Source of the DNA: an uncultured virus (IMG/VR IMGVR_UViG_3300009605_000001)
Lineage: Duplodnaviria; Heunggongvirae; Uroviricota; Caudoviricetes
Length of the DNA stretch: 64,000 bases
Virus record (IMG/VR): IMGVR_UViG_3300009605_000001
Direction: 5' to 3' (one strand)
Shown here: positions 1 to 10,729 of the stretch, in pieces
Numbering within the stretch: position 1 is the stretch's first letter
Layout: each line of letters begins with the position of its first letter
The notes under the pieces: generated by a model
Seen by the model: only the letters and a program-made list of their open reading frames with translations
The model's database searches: none
Told to the model about the DNA's origin: nothing
Translations under genes and position numbers: made by a program

Positions 1-145
1 AATTTCCGCTACCACCACGAACAGAATAATCATTCTTTGGGTTGGAGTACATTTTCTCCATGCGGTGTTTGTTAATCAACTCTATGTAAGTTCCGTATGG
101 GTCCGAGACCCCCGGTGCAAATGTTGTTACTGAACTGTTTGGCAT
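1..145 (-). CDS. Hypothetical protein, 5' part only (runs off the window)
   Basis: ATG at 145 preceded by an AGAAGGGAG RBS; open frame MPNSSVTTFAPGVSDPYG... to the window edge. Confidence 0.55.
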   Translation of the reverse strand, partial: MPNSSVTTFAPGVSDPYGTYIELINKHRMEKMYSNPKNDYSVRGGSGN

Positions 146-159
146 ATTAAGCTCCCTTC

Positions 160-522
160 TTATTTTTTTGCATATCCTTTACGATATGGTTTTCCACCCT
201 TAGGTGGTTTCTTTCTAGATACTACGGCACCGCCCCCAGCTTTTTTGGGTTTTGGTTTAGTCTTCTTAGGTTTATACTTACGCCAGCCCCCAAATTTCAA
301 AGCCTTTCTTCCTTGGTCTTCATTCCCGGAATGGAAGTGGAATAAACCAAATGCCGTTGCGAGCATTCCCCGGAATGCAGCACTACCTGTTGGTCTCTTT
401 TTTTGGGGAACCATACCCGTCATCTCCCCAATTCGTTGTCTAGTTTTTTTATTCTTATAGATATTTTTTCCGACTACCGCCTTTTGATACTTACCAAGCC
501 AGCCGGGCAATTTTTTAGCCAT
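160..522 (-). CDS. Small Lys/Gly-rich basic protein
   Basis: 120-aa ORF with AGGAG RBS, extremely K-rich, abuts the neighbouring genes. Confidence 0.65.
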   Translation of the reverse strand: MAKKLPGWLGKYQKAVVGKNIYKNKKTRQRIGEMTGMVPQKKRPTGSAAFRGMLATAFGLFHFHSGNEDQGRKALKFGGWRKYKPKKTKPKPKKAGGGAVVSRKKPPKGGKPYRKGYAKK

Positions 523-523
523 A

Positions 524-742
524 TTAAGCTCCTAACTTTCTAAATGGAATACTGTCGGATAACCTATCTTCTAGGAAGTCTAAGGCTTCCTTAGGAATAC
601 CCTCCAACAGTTCTCCGTTGTCATTAAGATACCCTCGGATAACTTGATATAGACCCGGAGTACATTTCTGAGGATCGTCTAGATCTGCTAATAGAGAACT
701 CAAGAGCAGATCGTTGAGTTTGTTTAGTTTGTTTTTATTCAT
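524..742 (-). CDS. Terminase small subunit (T7 gp18-like)
   Basis: 72 aa; LLADL...TPGLYQVIRGYLNDN resembles the T7 gp18 family; lies just after the tail fibre gene as in T7. Confidence 0.6.
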   Translation of the reverse strand: MNKNKLNKLNDLLLSSLLADLDDPQKCTPGLYQVIRGYLNDNGELLEGIPKEALDFLEDRLSDSIPFRKLGA

Positions 743-754
743 AGAGACCCTCCG

Positions 755-3700
755 TTAAAACGCAGCGATGTTGAAGGCGTAGTTATTATTGTGTCCGTGG
801 AATTTAGAGTAATTATAAACCCAAGCACCACCAGAGCCAAGAGAGTAGAATACATTATTCCATACCCTAGAGGATGACATTTGGCTTCTAGCAGAGTTAT
901 TAGCAGCCGCATAAAAGGAAATACCCCATTTAAAGTTTATAGTGTAATTATGTTGAAATGACATACGGTTAAGTTTGCCTGTGTTGTGTCCACTTGTCCC
1001 GAGTAAATATGCATACCCAATATCAACGCCGGCTTGCATGTGGTTGCCATGTATTTGCAACCCATATATTCTTCCAGCATAGGGGTAAATAAACATTCCC
1101 CTAGCATAAGATGCAGTAAGTAGATTAATACCTTGATAAGATAGGTTTGAAATCTTTTTCATAGGGGGAGTTACGTATGAAGTATTGTTATTAAGCCGAA
1201 TATTATATGCATTTATATTTGCAGCATCAGCCGATGACATACTCATGTTAAGCAGTCGCATAGTACTGATGTGATTATCTCTCATTGTAAAGTTGCTACT
1301 GTTGCCTGTACCCCACCTAGTATTACGGGTAAACTCAACAGTCACTCCAATCCAGTAAGATATCATGGTATTTCCTATTATTTGAATACCCTTAGACCAC
1401 CCCCATTGACCTACAGAAGTATCTGCATCATGGTTTATATCTTCTGAGTCTTGGCAAGTAACAGTACGTATAGAGCCCCAATTGGCAGGTGCCTCACCAT
1501 AAGTACCACCTCCACCAACCGTATAACCTCTACCCTGTCCCCAGAAAGCAGTGTGCTCAATAGTATCCGGGGGCTGGGTTCTTACATTACCTATCTTATT
1601 ATCTCGGATCTCAATATTGTTTCCATAGAATTCAACATCATACCTAAGACTATCATTACCCTGATATCCAAAATTAGATCTTTCTTCGTTCCAAGGTAGG
1701 GTTTTTATATCACAGCTAGTAATAGAATTGTTTCCTGTAATCCCCGATCTAAGATAAACAGCAGAAAGGCAATGAAATTTGGAGTTATCTATATGGATTT
1801 CCCTAGAAGTATAAGTAGAAGTGGGACATACAACTCCCCAAGAACAATCATTAAATGAGCAATCCTTTACATGAACACCATCACACTCTTCCACCCTAAT
1901 ACCAGCTCCATGATTTTTCCCACTACCCCAACGGCACTTATTAAAGGTGCAGTTCTCAAACCGAATATTCTTACATCGGTATAACTCAAAGACATTACCC
2001 CTGAACCCATTAAAGGTACAGTTTCTAAATGTAAAGTCTCTTGCATGCTCTAGCCTAAAGAGGTTATCATTAAAAGCTACAACACGACCATATGCCCCAC
2101 CAGAGTTACCATCAGACCCTAACCACTCGCTACCAGTATCCATCTCACAACTAAGTTCAGTACTAGTAGCGACTGTTACTGTGTGATCTACATCAAGAAA
2201 ATCGTCAGGGTCCTCTAAGTCTGCCGCAGGAATATCATGATCAATCAGTAGCATCGTAGCTCCCACGCCCACACCATGACCAGTCGGGACAGTCACCTTA
2301 ACAGTGTTGTCTGTAGACTCGGAACCATTTCCGGTCATATAGATTGCGTTTTCTTCACAAACCATCTCACTAGAAAGTTCGTGATTAAACGTCATGTTAT
2401 CCCACAGCCAGTTTACAGCTTGGCCTGTATCTGTTGTGTCCGTATGGGTATACTTCTTTACAGTAGTAGCAGCGGATGTACCAGATGCATATGTATGATT
2501 AAGTGGTTCTTCTAGATAAATCATATTATTGGCAGCATCGACCCGAGAAATAACAACTAGCTGAATCGCATATACTTCGTCATCTACCCCACTACGATCC
2601 CATACCTGATGATCTATTGCATTATCCCCAGTAACCGGAGCTTCAATCTCAATCATATCCCCAGCAACGAAATTAGTTTCGTCTGCTACATGTATACGTG
2701 TATCGCCTTTAATAGCAATTGTTGATAACGTGGTTGATTGGGTAGTTCCAGCAGCATCCATCCGTATTACTCTATAGTTTGATGACGTATTATCATTAAA
2801 CTCAAGAGTTCCGTTTCTAACCGTAATATCCCGCTTACCGGGAAGAGTTATCTGTGTGCCGTTATCAGTACCATCTCCAATTTGGTGGGTTCTTGATCTG
2901 AAGTCAAGTATGCTTAGTGTAGCGGTCGTAGCTTTAGTTACACCAGCAGCTGTTCTATAGTAGCCAAGTGCAGCTTGATTTAGTGCAGTCTGTATATCGG
3001 CGGAGTTGTCAGCATCACCATTAGGATCGTCCCCCCCACATAGAGCTACAAGAGGATCTAAAGCAGACGGAAGTGAGGCAGGAGTCCACTTACTTGTGCT
3101 AGCGGTAAAAGATAAATATTGACCCTCAGTAGGAGAGGTAGTAGCTACATCATCAAGATCTTGAACACTGTCTCCTGTAGATAGAATCTTATCAGTCGAC
3201 AAGGCATCTGTTATGTTCCGCTCTACCTTCTCCCATGAATCACCATCCCAGTAAATCATCTGTCCAGCGGGTGCTGAGGTATCGTCATCTACATTAACAT
3301 TAACATCACCGAGCTCTGAAAGTTTAGTACCAGATAACTCCTGTTGAACAAACTTAGTTGTTGCTAAGATGTATGAGTCATCACCAGCAGAGGGAGTTGC
3401 AGCACTTGCTGTAGTTATTTGATAAGCCCCGGCTCCCCAGTTGGACAATAGAGGAGTGCTGCCATCTTGTTCAAGAGGCGCAGAAGAGCTTACTACTTGC
3501 CACGCAGACCCACTATATCTAACCAGATTATACTGAGCAACAGTAATACCACCCCAAGTACTATGAGCCGCGGTTCCGCTTCCAGAATGGGTAACTGTGT
3601 CCCCAGCAGAAGGTGTAGCTCCGACATCGGTATAGATAGAATTATAGAACGTCTCTCCAGCACTGCCAACCATATCACCAGCTCCCTTAAATACAATACC

Positions 3701-4552
3701 TGTACCTAAAGAAGTAATTTGCTGTTGAAGACTTTTACCCTGAGTAGCCGACAAGGGTCTATATGAATCAGTTGTAGTGACATTATCTACAGTATCAGCT
3801 TTAATACCTGTGGCTTCTACGGCTAAACCTGAGTTTGCCTGAAGAAGAATACTAAACTTACTGTCGGCACTACCATCACCTTGAACACCATTCTCTGATC
3901 CCAGAGACAAATTATCTATATTAACGTAACCAGCCGCAATAACACCACTAGAATCAAGAGGACAGATACCATCGGGTTGACCAACAGCGGGGTTAAGTGA
4001 GTGAATGTTATGCCAAAGAGACATCAACTCTTGAGACAAGAACAAAAGTTGGTCATCAGAGAGGTTAAGATTAGTACTTGTAATCTTAGAACCAGCCGTC
4101 CAACTCACCAACTTTGTAAGGGCATATGTCTTACGTAGAACATAGATAGTATCAGCAGCCACAACAGAGGGTAGAATAATATCAGATGCTCGTCCACTCT
4201 GAACCGTAGTCCAAGTATAGTCTGCTGCTGTTGTAGATAGACTTAAGATAGTACCTGTTAAAGTATACATAGTACTTCCACTATCGTTAACACTAGGTAG
4301 AGTCCACGCCGACCACGCTTCGTCTGATGTAATAGGAGATGCCGAGTGATCGTATGTTCCGGGCGTTTCATCAATAGTGCTATGATCAAATTTTCGTACT
4401 ACTACTAACTCGTCTGGGTCTGTAAGAGTGCTGCTTAATTGTGTAGTACTATCAATCAAAGTAGAGACATCAATCTCATAACCCGCATTAATAACCTCTG
4501 TTCCTGTTTTCTTGATGTATACTACCTTGTCTGAATTATTATCATAGGCCAC
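755..4552 (-). CDS. Tail fibre/tailspike with gp17-like N-terminal adaptor and parallel beta-helix domain
   Basis: AGSKITSTNLNLSDDQLLFLSQE resembles the T7 gp17 adaptor end; ILATTKFV and LDDV-type fibre motifs; repeated FRNCTF/FENCTF/VKDCSF beta-helix rungs; follows tail tube B. Confidence 0.85.
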   Translation of the reverse strand: MAYDNNSDKVVYIKKTGTEVINAGYEIDVSTLIDSTTQLSSTLTDPDELVVVRKFDHSTIDETPGTYDHSASPITSDEAWSAWTLPSVNDSGSTMYTLTGTILSLSTTAADYTWTTVQSGRASDIILPSVVAADTIYVLRKTYALTKLVSWTAGSKITSTNLNLSDDQLLFLSQELMSLWHNIHSLNPAVGQPDGICPLDSSGVIAAGYVNIDNLSLGSENGVQGDGSADSKFSILLQANSGLAVEATGIKADTVDNVTTTDSYRPLSATQGKSLQQQITSLGTGIVFKGAGDMVGSAGETFYNSIYTDVGATPSAGDTVTHSGSGTAAHSTWGGITVAQYNLVRYSGSAWQVVSSSAPLEQDGSTPLLSNWGAGAYQITTASAATPSAGDDSYILATTKFVQQELSGTKLSELGDVNVNVDDDTSAPAGQMIYWDGDSWEKVERNITDALSTDKILSTGDSVQDLDDVATTSPTEGQYLSFTASTSKWTPASLPSALDPLVALCGGDDPNGDADNSADIQTALNQAALGYYRTAAGVTKATTATLSILDFRSRTHQIGDGTDNGTQITLPGKRDITVRNGTLEFNDNTSSNYRVIRMDAAGTTQSTTLSTIAIKGDTRIHVADETNFVAGDMIEIEAPVTGDNAIDHQVWDRSGVDDEVYAIQLVVISRVDAANNMIYLEEPLNHTYASGTSAATTVKKYTHTDTTDTGQAVNWLWDNMTFNHELSSEMVCEENAIYMTGNGSESTDNTVKVTVPTGHGVGVGATMLLIDHDIPAADLEDPDDFLDVDHTVTVATSTELSCEMDTGSEWLGSDGNSGGAYGRVVAFNDNLFRLEHARDFTFRNCTFNGFRGNVFELYRCKNIRFENCTFNKCRWGSGKNHGAGIRVEECDGVHVKDCSFNDCSWGVVCPTSTYTSREIHIDNSKFHCLSAVYLRSGITGNNSITSCDIKTLPWNEERSNFGYQGNDSLRYDVEFYGNNIEIRDNKIGNVRTQPPDTIEHTAFWGQGRGYTVGGGGTYGEAPANWGSIRTVTCQDSEDINHDADTSVGQWGWSKGIQIIGNTMISYWIGVTVEFTRNTRWGTGNSSNFTMRDNHISTMRLLNMSMSSADAANINAYNIRLNNNTSYVTPPMKKISNLSYQGINLLTASYARGMFIYPYAGRIYGLQIHGNHMQAGVDIGYAYLLGTSGHNTGKLNRMSFQHNYTINFKWGISFYAAANNSARSQMSSSRVWNNVFYSLGSGGAWVYNYSKFHGHNNNYAFNIAAF

Positions 4553-4563
4553 GGTTTATTCTC

Positions 4564-7209
4564 CTATGTTGTTAAGAAGTGTGGTATTTGCTTGAACTTA
4601 CCTGTTAGTTCAATATTAGTTAAGTTCATTGGATTTGGATAATCTGAGGAAATACTAATTACTAAATCATTAGCAAAACCCATTAAAGGGAACTTAAAAA
4701 CCCCGTCTTCCTCAAAGAAATCATCACCTAGTAATGATTCGGTTGAATCTACCACCTCATGAAAAAATCTGTATGTCTTCGCTGTTCTTTTCTTTCTCGC
4801 TATACTTACACTATATGGCCCAGTCTTATGATGCCTTACAACACCATATCTTAGGTTAAGAGCACCCGGAACAATATTATTTTCAGCGTCTCTAATAAAC
4901 TGATCCGAAAGGGTTACGGTAGAAGTATATTTAGTACCAATATAACCCGTTTCTAGTCCTATAAAATTACCAGAAGCAATTAAATGGGATTCTTCTTCAG
5001 AAGACTGGCCGGTATCAACCGATACATCAACTACAGATCCACTATAATCACCAGTAGTACACACAAACTGATTAAGGTCAACATAAGAAAGCGACACTTT
5101 AAAAGAAGTTTCATTAGTAGATCCATCATAAGATAGATCATATGGTGTTACTATACGTCTATTATCTAATCTAGGAACACTTCCTTCTTCGGGTAGTAAT
5201 GATAGCCGTTGAACAGAAACACTGATTCCCATTTGTGAATTCTGTTGTTTAACTACAGCATAAAGAAAATCACCAATAGCTGTCAAAGATAAAACCTCTA
5301 TACCTTCGGATAAAGTAAAAGTAAAGAATGCATTCTGGACAATCTGATCACCGACAGTTTGGTTTCTATAACAGAAAATCTTATTAGATGGGCTAGAACC
5401 CGCAACAACAAAAACCATATTATGAGAAGTTGATACAGCAGCAGACCAGTAGTTGTCTGGAAGATACTCTGGGACATGTCTAGAAAGCTCGAAAGCTTGC
5501 TGTCCAGTTGCCTCAAACGATGGGAAATAAATAAACAATCTATTCTTAGAGAAGAAGAATAGGTTATTATTCATTACAATTGGTTCAATATCTTCTGTCA
5601 TAGGGAAGAATGATGTGGGAGAAATCTCAGCAGTTAAGGGAGAGATCTGATTCTCGGATCCCATTAACTCATATTGAGTATCTCCAGAAGTTCCAAGGAA
5701 CAAGAAGTCTTTGAATGGCTGTAAGAAAGTAATCGGAGTATACACATTAGAAGATACCTTTAAATCAAGGGGATCTTTAAAAGTAATATTAGCTGGGTCA
5801 TCAATAAAGAAATTATCAAAGTTTCCTAATCTAGAAGAAGCTAACGCATCAGAAGAAGATATAAATAACCTATCTCTATAGAAAGATAAAGCCTTAATCT
5901 CTACCTGTTTAGCCTTTTTATCATTATCCTTAAAGAAAGACGGACCCGGATTACTGTTTGTAGTACCGGAGGTTCTGTGATCCCAATTTACCTTACGAAT
6001 CGACCATTGATTATTAGCCTCATCCAAATAGATTTGCATAGGCATACGATTCTGGTCAAGCACAGACATTTCATCTGGAGTTCTAACCTTTTCTATGTAA
6101 GGTGTATCGTCATTCTGGATAACACGATACCATCCGGGCGTACTCGACAGATAATTCTGAGATAGATAATATATCTTTCCATAACCACTAGAGTTTCCTG
6201 AATCAGGATACAAAGCAGCAATAGTTTCTCGTGTATCCGCATCTCCACTATGTGCATTAACATCACTAGTATCCGGAGGCCATTTAAGATCTGAGAATCT
6301 ACTAACAGATTGTCCGTTGTATAGCTTGGTTCCGTCAGGATATATATAATCTTCGACAGGAATATATTTGGATAGGGTTCCAGTATCAGTATAATGGCGG
6401 GCATCAGTGTCGTTTGACGGGCGACCGGTATAATCTTGATTAGTTGGACCGGGAAGCTCGGTATCATCTAAAGTAGACACAACTGTATAAATTGGATACT
6501 GTGGCGCATCATCGCTGACACCACCATCTATAACCCTCTGATTCCAAACATAATCTGTTCCTTTAACCCAATACTCACCCTCACCCTCTGGATCAACAGT
6601 AATAGAAGTTTGGTATTTTATCTTTCGTCCCTTAACATCTACTGAATTTTCAGACCCCTCCGCCATCTTAATACCATCTAAACCAAATAGCCGTTCATCA
6701 ACACCATCTGATGTAAAGCCTGCCTTAACTGTAGTATTGAGCACAAGAATAGAAGATCCAACTGAGGTAGCTCTAAGAGTATCTTTAGCAGTACCCGATC
6801 CAAAAGTTAAATACCCTAAGATATCAGGATCAATATCATCATCTACAACCTGCTCAATAATTTCTCCGTCATCCTCAACCTTGTAGACATAAAGCAGTTT
6901 ATCATCTCCACCAGCCTCAAAATCTAGAGCGATAAGGAATTGTTGATCTCGTCCAGCTAAGAACCAGTACCACCACAAACCCTCAACATCTAAAATTCCA
7001 AGATCCTCTCCTACCCCCTCTAAAGGATAGAATCCGTTTCGTTTATCAATAGATCTTTCGGTTGTACAAAAGATATTATCTAATTCTTCAGCCTCAGAGG
7101 GTAACCGTTTAGTAGGAGCCTGTCTCCCAACACCGCCAGAAAGAGTATTAATTGGTATCTTAACAGGAAAGTAAGACCTTACATTACTCTTAAGACCTCT
7201 CTTAGCCAT
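4564..7209 (-). CDS. Tail tubular protein B / nozzle (T7 gp12-like)
   Basis: 881 aa; N-terminal TLSGGVGRQAP, NPGPSF and FYRDRLF motifs; synteny. Confidence 0.9.
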   Translation of the reverse strand: MAKRGLKSNVRSYFPVKIPINTLSGGVGRQAPTKRLPSEAEELDNIFCTTERSIDKRNGFYPLEGVGEDLGILDVEGLWWYWFLAGRDQQFLIALDFEAGGDDKLLYVYKVEDDGEIIEQVVDDDIDPDILGYLTFGSGTAKDTLRATSVGSSILVLNTTVKAGFTSDGVDERLFGLDGIKMAEGSENSVDVKGRKIKYQTSITVDPEGEGEYWVKGTDYVWNQRVIDGGVSDDAPQYPIYTVVSTLDDTELPGPTNQDYTGRPSNDTDARHYTDTGTLSKYIPVEDYIYPDGTKLYNGQSVSRFSDLKWPPDTSDVNAHSGDADTRETIAALYPDSGNSSGYGKIYYLSQNYLSSTPGWYRVIQNDDTPYIEKVRTPDEMSVLDQNRMPMQIYLDEANNQWSIRKVNWDHRTSGTTNSNPGPSFFKDNDKKAKQVEIKALSFYRDRLFISSSDALASSRLGNFDNFFIDDPANITFKDPLDLKVSSNVYTPITFLQPFKDFLFLGTSGDTQYELMGSENQISPLTAEISPTSFFPMTEDIEPIVMNNNLFFFSKNRLFIYFPSFEATGQQAFELSRHVPEYLPDNYWSAAVSTSHNMVFVVAGSSPSNKIFCYRNQTVGDQIVQNAFFTFTLSEGIEVLSLTAIGDFLYAVVKQQNSQMGISVSVQRLSLLPEEGSVPRLDNRRIVTPYDLSYDGSTNETSFKVSLSYVDLNQFVCTTGDYSGSVVDVSVDTGQSSEEESHLIASGNFIGLETGYIGTKYTSTVTLSDQFIRDAENNIVPGALNLRYGVVRHHKTGPYSVSIARKKRTAKTYRFFHEVVDSTESLLGDDFFEEDGVFKFPLMGFANDLVISISSDYPNPMNLTNIELTGKFKQIPHFLTT

Positions 7210-7211
7210 GA

Positions 7212-7880
7212 TTAACCTCCGGGGTTAGTGGTTCTCCAGTATCTTAGTAAGGTTGCGTCATTATAAATACCGCTTCTATTCCTAGCTTCTCTAAGTTTTG
7301 ATGAAGAAGACGTAAATACTGTCCTCCTCCTATCATCTAAGTCAGCAGCCTTACCTCTTGACATATATACTCCCTCAATACCAGCAAGATAATTGTCAGC
7401 ATCAGCATCACCTTGAGTAACCATTTGATATTGCCTAGCAGCAGAGGAAAGGATTGCCCTTTGTACAGGTGTATCCATGTCTTCCCAATGAACCTTCTGA
7501 ATGATTTCAATATGGTAAGTAGCGGCTTTCCATTGATCAGATTGGTCTGTTACATTCCACAGATACTTATCTGTTGTTCCTTTTGCAATACCAATAATAT
7601 TATATCCATCATCAGTAGTGTGGTTTGAGATAAGTTCTGCCGATAAGGTATCATAGGGGGATGTAGGTAACTCAATTGTTCCCTTAGCAGCCTGAACAAC
7701 CTTCTTTATATACCTATTGTTTGCTATTCCCCTCATTTGGAAGTCTCTAATAAACTGATCTAAACAAAACAAGGCTGTCTCTGTATCAAGCCCACTGTTT
7801 TCATTAATATCAGAAACTAAGGATTCTCCCGCCATTAATAACATATGATTAACTGCATCTAGTTTAGCTATACTTCCCAT
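7212..7880 (-). CDS. Tail tubular protein A / gatekeeper (T7 gp11-like)
   Basis: KLDAVNHMLLMAGES N-terminus and AARQYQ motif; directly after the capsid gene. Confidence 0.9.
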   Translation of the reverse strand: MGSIAKLDAVNHMLLMAGESLVSDINENSGLDTETALFCLDQFIRDFQMRGIANNRYIKKVVQAAKGTIELPTSPYDTLSAELISNHTTDDGYNIIGIAKGTTDKYLWNVTDQSDQWKAATYHIEIIQKVHWEDMDTPVQRAILSSAARQYQMVTQGDADADNYLAGIEGVYMSRGKAADLDDRRRTVFTSSSSKLREARNRSGIYNDATLLRYWRTTNPGG

Positions 7881-7896
7881 GAGAATCCTCCTTTTT

Positions 7897-7935
7897 AAAA
7901 AAATCCCCTGCTACCCAACGAGGGGCAGCAGGGGA
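7897..7935 (-). terminator. Intrinsic terminator after the capsid gene (T-phi-like position)
   Basis: Minus strand TCCCCTGCTGCCC-loop-GGGTAGCAGGGGA followed by TTTTTTT. Confidence 0.85.
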
Positions 7936-7973
7936 CGCATATGAATAACGTAACTATAAAGTTACACTAATTA

Positions 7974-9260
7974 TTAGCTAGCTTGCGTGTAACCATCAGC
8001 ATCAACATCAAGGTAAGCTGCTTCACGCATCTGTACCCGGTTATCAATACCACTTGCGGATCCGTCCTGTGTGTAGATCATTGCTGCACACTCTGGACGA
8101 AGAACGCCAGTACCCTGCATCATTGATGCAACGGTAAAGGTCGTATTACGACGGATATCATCCACCGTATCTACTTTAAGACCCTGCAATCGGATTGCTC
8201 CGACAGCCTCAGGGGTAAACATGACGGCACGAACACCGTTGATGGCTGCGGTAGTATCATCACCAGCATCATCAATACCGAAGTCAAGATTATACTTAGC
8301 TTCGCCAAGAGTCGTACCACCGGAAGTATCTCTCAGCTGATCCGAACCGTGGTTCGTCTTAATGATAGTACAACCCATATATTCAAGTGAGTCAACAAGT
8401 TGACCATATGACTCAGCTAAACCAGCACCAAGACTGTAAGAATCATTACCACTGAACATTGGACGACTTGCAGTATTGGAAGAACCAATACCAAGGTCAG
8501 CCGACGCACGAGCAACACCAAGAGCACGAATATCCATGAAACACTGAGGGCTTACAGCCATATACAGTCTATCATATGGAATATTATTTTCCTGAAGGAA
8601 GACAATGTACTTCTCAACCTTCTCAAGTGCCGACAGAGCACCAGTTGCTCTGTCATCCGCATCAGCACCCGAAGCACCCCAATCCTTGAGCTTAAGAGTG
8701 TCAGTACTATCACTACCATACAGAGCATCGTCCAAGTTCAAGCTTGGACGAGGATCATTTGTAATCTGTGAAGATGCGGCGGCACGAACCAAATACGAAT
8801 ACAACTGCTTATCTCTCGTGTTAGCAAGAGTTAAAGCAGCCTGTCGTGCCAGTTCGTTACGGAATTCCCACTGAGTCAGCATCATATCAACATTGTCAAT
8901 TTCGAAGTGAGCGGCCATTGGTCGCTTGTCGAGAATGAGTTGGAATGTTGAAGTCTTGGATGCCGAACCACCGACTAACTCTACACCTGCGTCCCATGCG
9001 GGCAGCAAATCTACAGTACCAGTAATTGGGATTTCAACCGTAGTACCACTAGGAATTGTTCTAGAAGTACATAAACTTTCGAATTGATTATATTCATCAT
9101 AGGCGTGAATAACTTCGCCGGACCAGATAGGAAGCCAAAGCTTACCAGCCTGTCCTGTGTTTGTTGAGTCACCTGCTGAGAAAGGTAAGCCCGAAGTTGG
9201 GGCTGTTACACTTTCACGGTAAGCAAGATGTCCATGAGCTAAATTACCTACTGCTGTCAT
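7974..9260 (-). CDS. Major capsid protein (T7 gp10-like)
   Basis: LWLPIWSGEV, RTIPSGTTVEIPITG and GTGVLRPECA motifs; between scaffold and tail tube A. Confidence 0.93.
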   Translation of the reverse strand: MTAVGNLAHGHLAYRESVTAPTSGLPFSAGDSTNTGQAGKLWLPIWSGEVIHAYDEYNQFESLCTSRTIPSGTTVEIPITGTVDLLPAWDAGVELVGGSASKTSTFQLILDKRPMAAHFEIDNVDMMLTQWEFRNELARQAALTLANTRDKQLYSYLVRAAASSQITNDPRPSLNLDDALYGSDSTDTLKLKDWGASGADADDRATGALSALEKVEKYIVFLQENNIPYDRLYMAVSPQCFMDIRALGVARASADLGIGSSNTASRPMFSGNDSYSLGAGLAESYGQLVDSLEYMGCTIIKTNHGSDQLRDTSGGTTLGEAKYNLDFGIDDAGDDTTAAINGVRAVMFTPEAVGAIRLQGLKVDTVDDIRRNTTFTVASMMQGTGVLRPECAAMIYTQDGSASGIDNRVQMREAAYLDVDADGYTQAS

Positions 9261-9451
9261 GGTAATTTCTCCTTTTCAAATAAAGTAAAACTATTAACGC
9301 GGCTTTACATTATCTACATCTGGATTATTCCAAAGGAGTCCATACAGTAGCGGAACTTAATAGTTCAGTATCATCGTTTACTCCGGTTAAGGAGGGATTT
9401 ATACAACTTAATTAAACTTCCCTTTATGGGGTCCGCTTTCCCCTATATTAA

Positions 9452-10333
9452 TTAGACAGCTAGGGTGTTCCAATCAGTTATTGCCATTCTTCTCTGTACT
9501 ATATCTCTATACTTTTCTTCTAATTGGAATCTAGGATCGTTCCTCTCCTTCTTAAACTCTCGCTGATTAGCATAAGGTAAAATACCTGTTTGGCTAGCAG
9601 AAACTTGTGTCAGGTTAGGGTTAGCCTTAGGCTCCCCTGCCTTCTGACTAGTAACTGCACCATCATACATAGATGCGAGACCACGAAGCGTAACTTCGTA
9701 TGTCGAAGATGACAATCCTATATTAACACCCTGCATATCACTCTCTGATAAATTCTTAGAGGCCCACTTAAAGATTTTATCCATCCTGTCAGGACCGCCA
9801 ACTACGTTAGCAGCCTTAGAATAGCTTTCTCTAAGCCTAGCCTTTTGTGCCAATACATAATCATCAAGCATTCTGTCAGAAAAACCAGTACGTTGTTTTA
9901 TATCGTCTCTGGTTAAGTCGCTGAACTCACCCTTTGCGGCAAACTCCATGCCCCAAGATTCGTAGGTGGCTTCATCAACACCACTAACTTCCGGGGATTG
10001 CTCCGCTTCCGGTGTTTCTACGGGAAGTGGAATCCTTAACTCGTTTGTTAGTGTAGGCTCAACAGGAGCCTTCACTTCTTCAACAGCTGGGAGTTGAGTC
10101 TTAAGGTCTGAAATCTCTTGTCTTGCTTGTGTATACTGCTTCTGAGCCTCCTTAAGACTATCAAACCAAGCTCCAGCATCTTCAAAGTTTTCTGGAACCT
10201 TTTCATCACTAGTTTCAATGTGAGTAGAAAATGCTAACTTCTCTTGCTCGTGCTGTATCTCTTCTGGTGATTTTTCAACCTTTGTTTCTAATGTAGTTTC
10301 GCCTTCATTACCTAATGGATTATCGTTTGTCAT
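9452..10333 (-). CDS. Capsid assembly scaffolding protein (T7 gp9-like)
   Basis: Acidic; VPENF, VGG..MDKIFKWASKNLS and C-terminal DPRF...YR motifs. Confidence 0.85.
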   Translation of the reverse strand: MTNDNPLGNEGETTLETKVEKSPEEIQHEQEKLAFSTHIETSDEKVPENFEDAGAWFDSLKEAQKQYTQARQEISDLKTQLPAVEEVKAPVEPTLTNELRIPLPVETPEAEQSPEVSGVDEATYESWGMEFAAKGEFSDLTRDDIKQRTGFSDRMLDDYVLAQKARLRESYSKAANVVGGPDRMDKIFKWASKNLSESDMQGVNIGLSSSTYEVTLRGLASMYDGAVTSQKAGEPKANPNLTQVSASQTGILPYANQREFKKERNDPRFQLEEKYRDIVQRRMAITDWNTLAV

Positions 10334-10378
10334 TTAGTTCTCCTTTTCAGATTGTTCCCCCCCGATGAGAGAGTCTGA

Positions 10379-10579
10379 TTATCGGTATACCATATACTGA
10401 ATCATACCCGCAACAGCTGCACTAATAAACATTGCAGCTATATAAACTTTAGTATGAACAACAGTTAATCGTTGTTCAATTCTTTGTAATCTTTTATCTA
10501 ACCTATCGAGTCTCATATTACTACGTTCGAGTTCATGTACTACTAACTTCTTATATGAATCCCAACCGTTAGTGTCCAT
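10379..10579 (-). CDS. Small coiled-coil protein with C-terminal TM helix (holin/XhlA-like candidate)
   Basis: Heptads LDRLDKRLQRIEQRL followed by one hydrophobic helix. Confidence 0.5.
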   Translation of the reverse strand: MDTNGWDSYKKLVVHELERSNMRLDRLDKRLQRIEQRLTVVHTKVYIAAMFISAAVAGMIQYMVYR

Positions 10580-10580
10580 A

Positions 10581-10718
10581 TTAACGACCCGGCTTTGTTC
10601 TAAGAGCTTTACGAGCAGCTCTGGCAGCAGTTCTTTTTGTCAGTCTCTTACCGCTTCCACTAACTCTAGCCTTAGTCTTAGCCTTACTCTTCTTTTTGTT
10701 TTCTTTATATTTAGCCAT
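10581..10718 (-). CDS. 45-aa highly basic protein (not in the ORF track)
   Basis: Translated by hand: MAKYKENKKKSKAKTKARVSGSGKRLTKRTAARAARKALRTKPGR*; GGGGAGAG RBS; fills the gap between genes exactly. Confidence 0.65.
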   Translation of the reverse strand: MAKYKENKKKSKAKTKARVSGSGKRLTKRTAARAARKALRTKPGR

Positions 10719-10729
10719 AGCTCTCCCCT

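Noticed and set aside
7960..8010. T7 gp10B-like frameshift extension of the capsid
   Set aside because: No evident slippery site; tandem stop codons and a terminator follow directly
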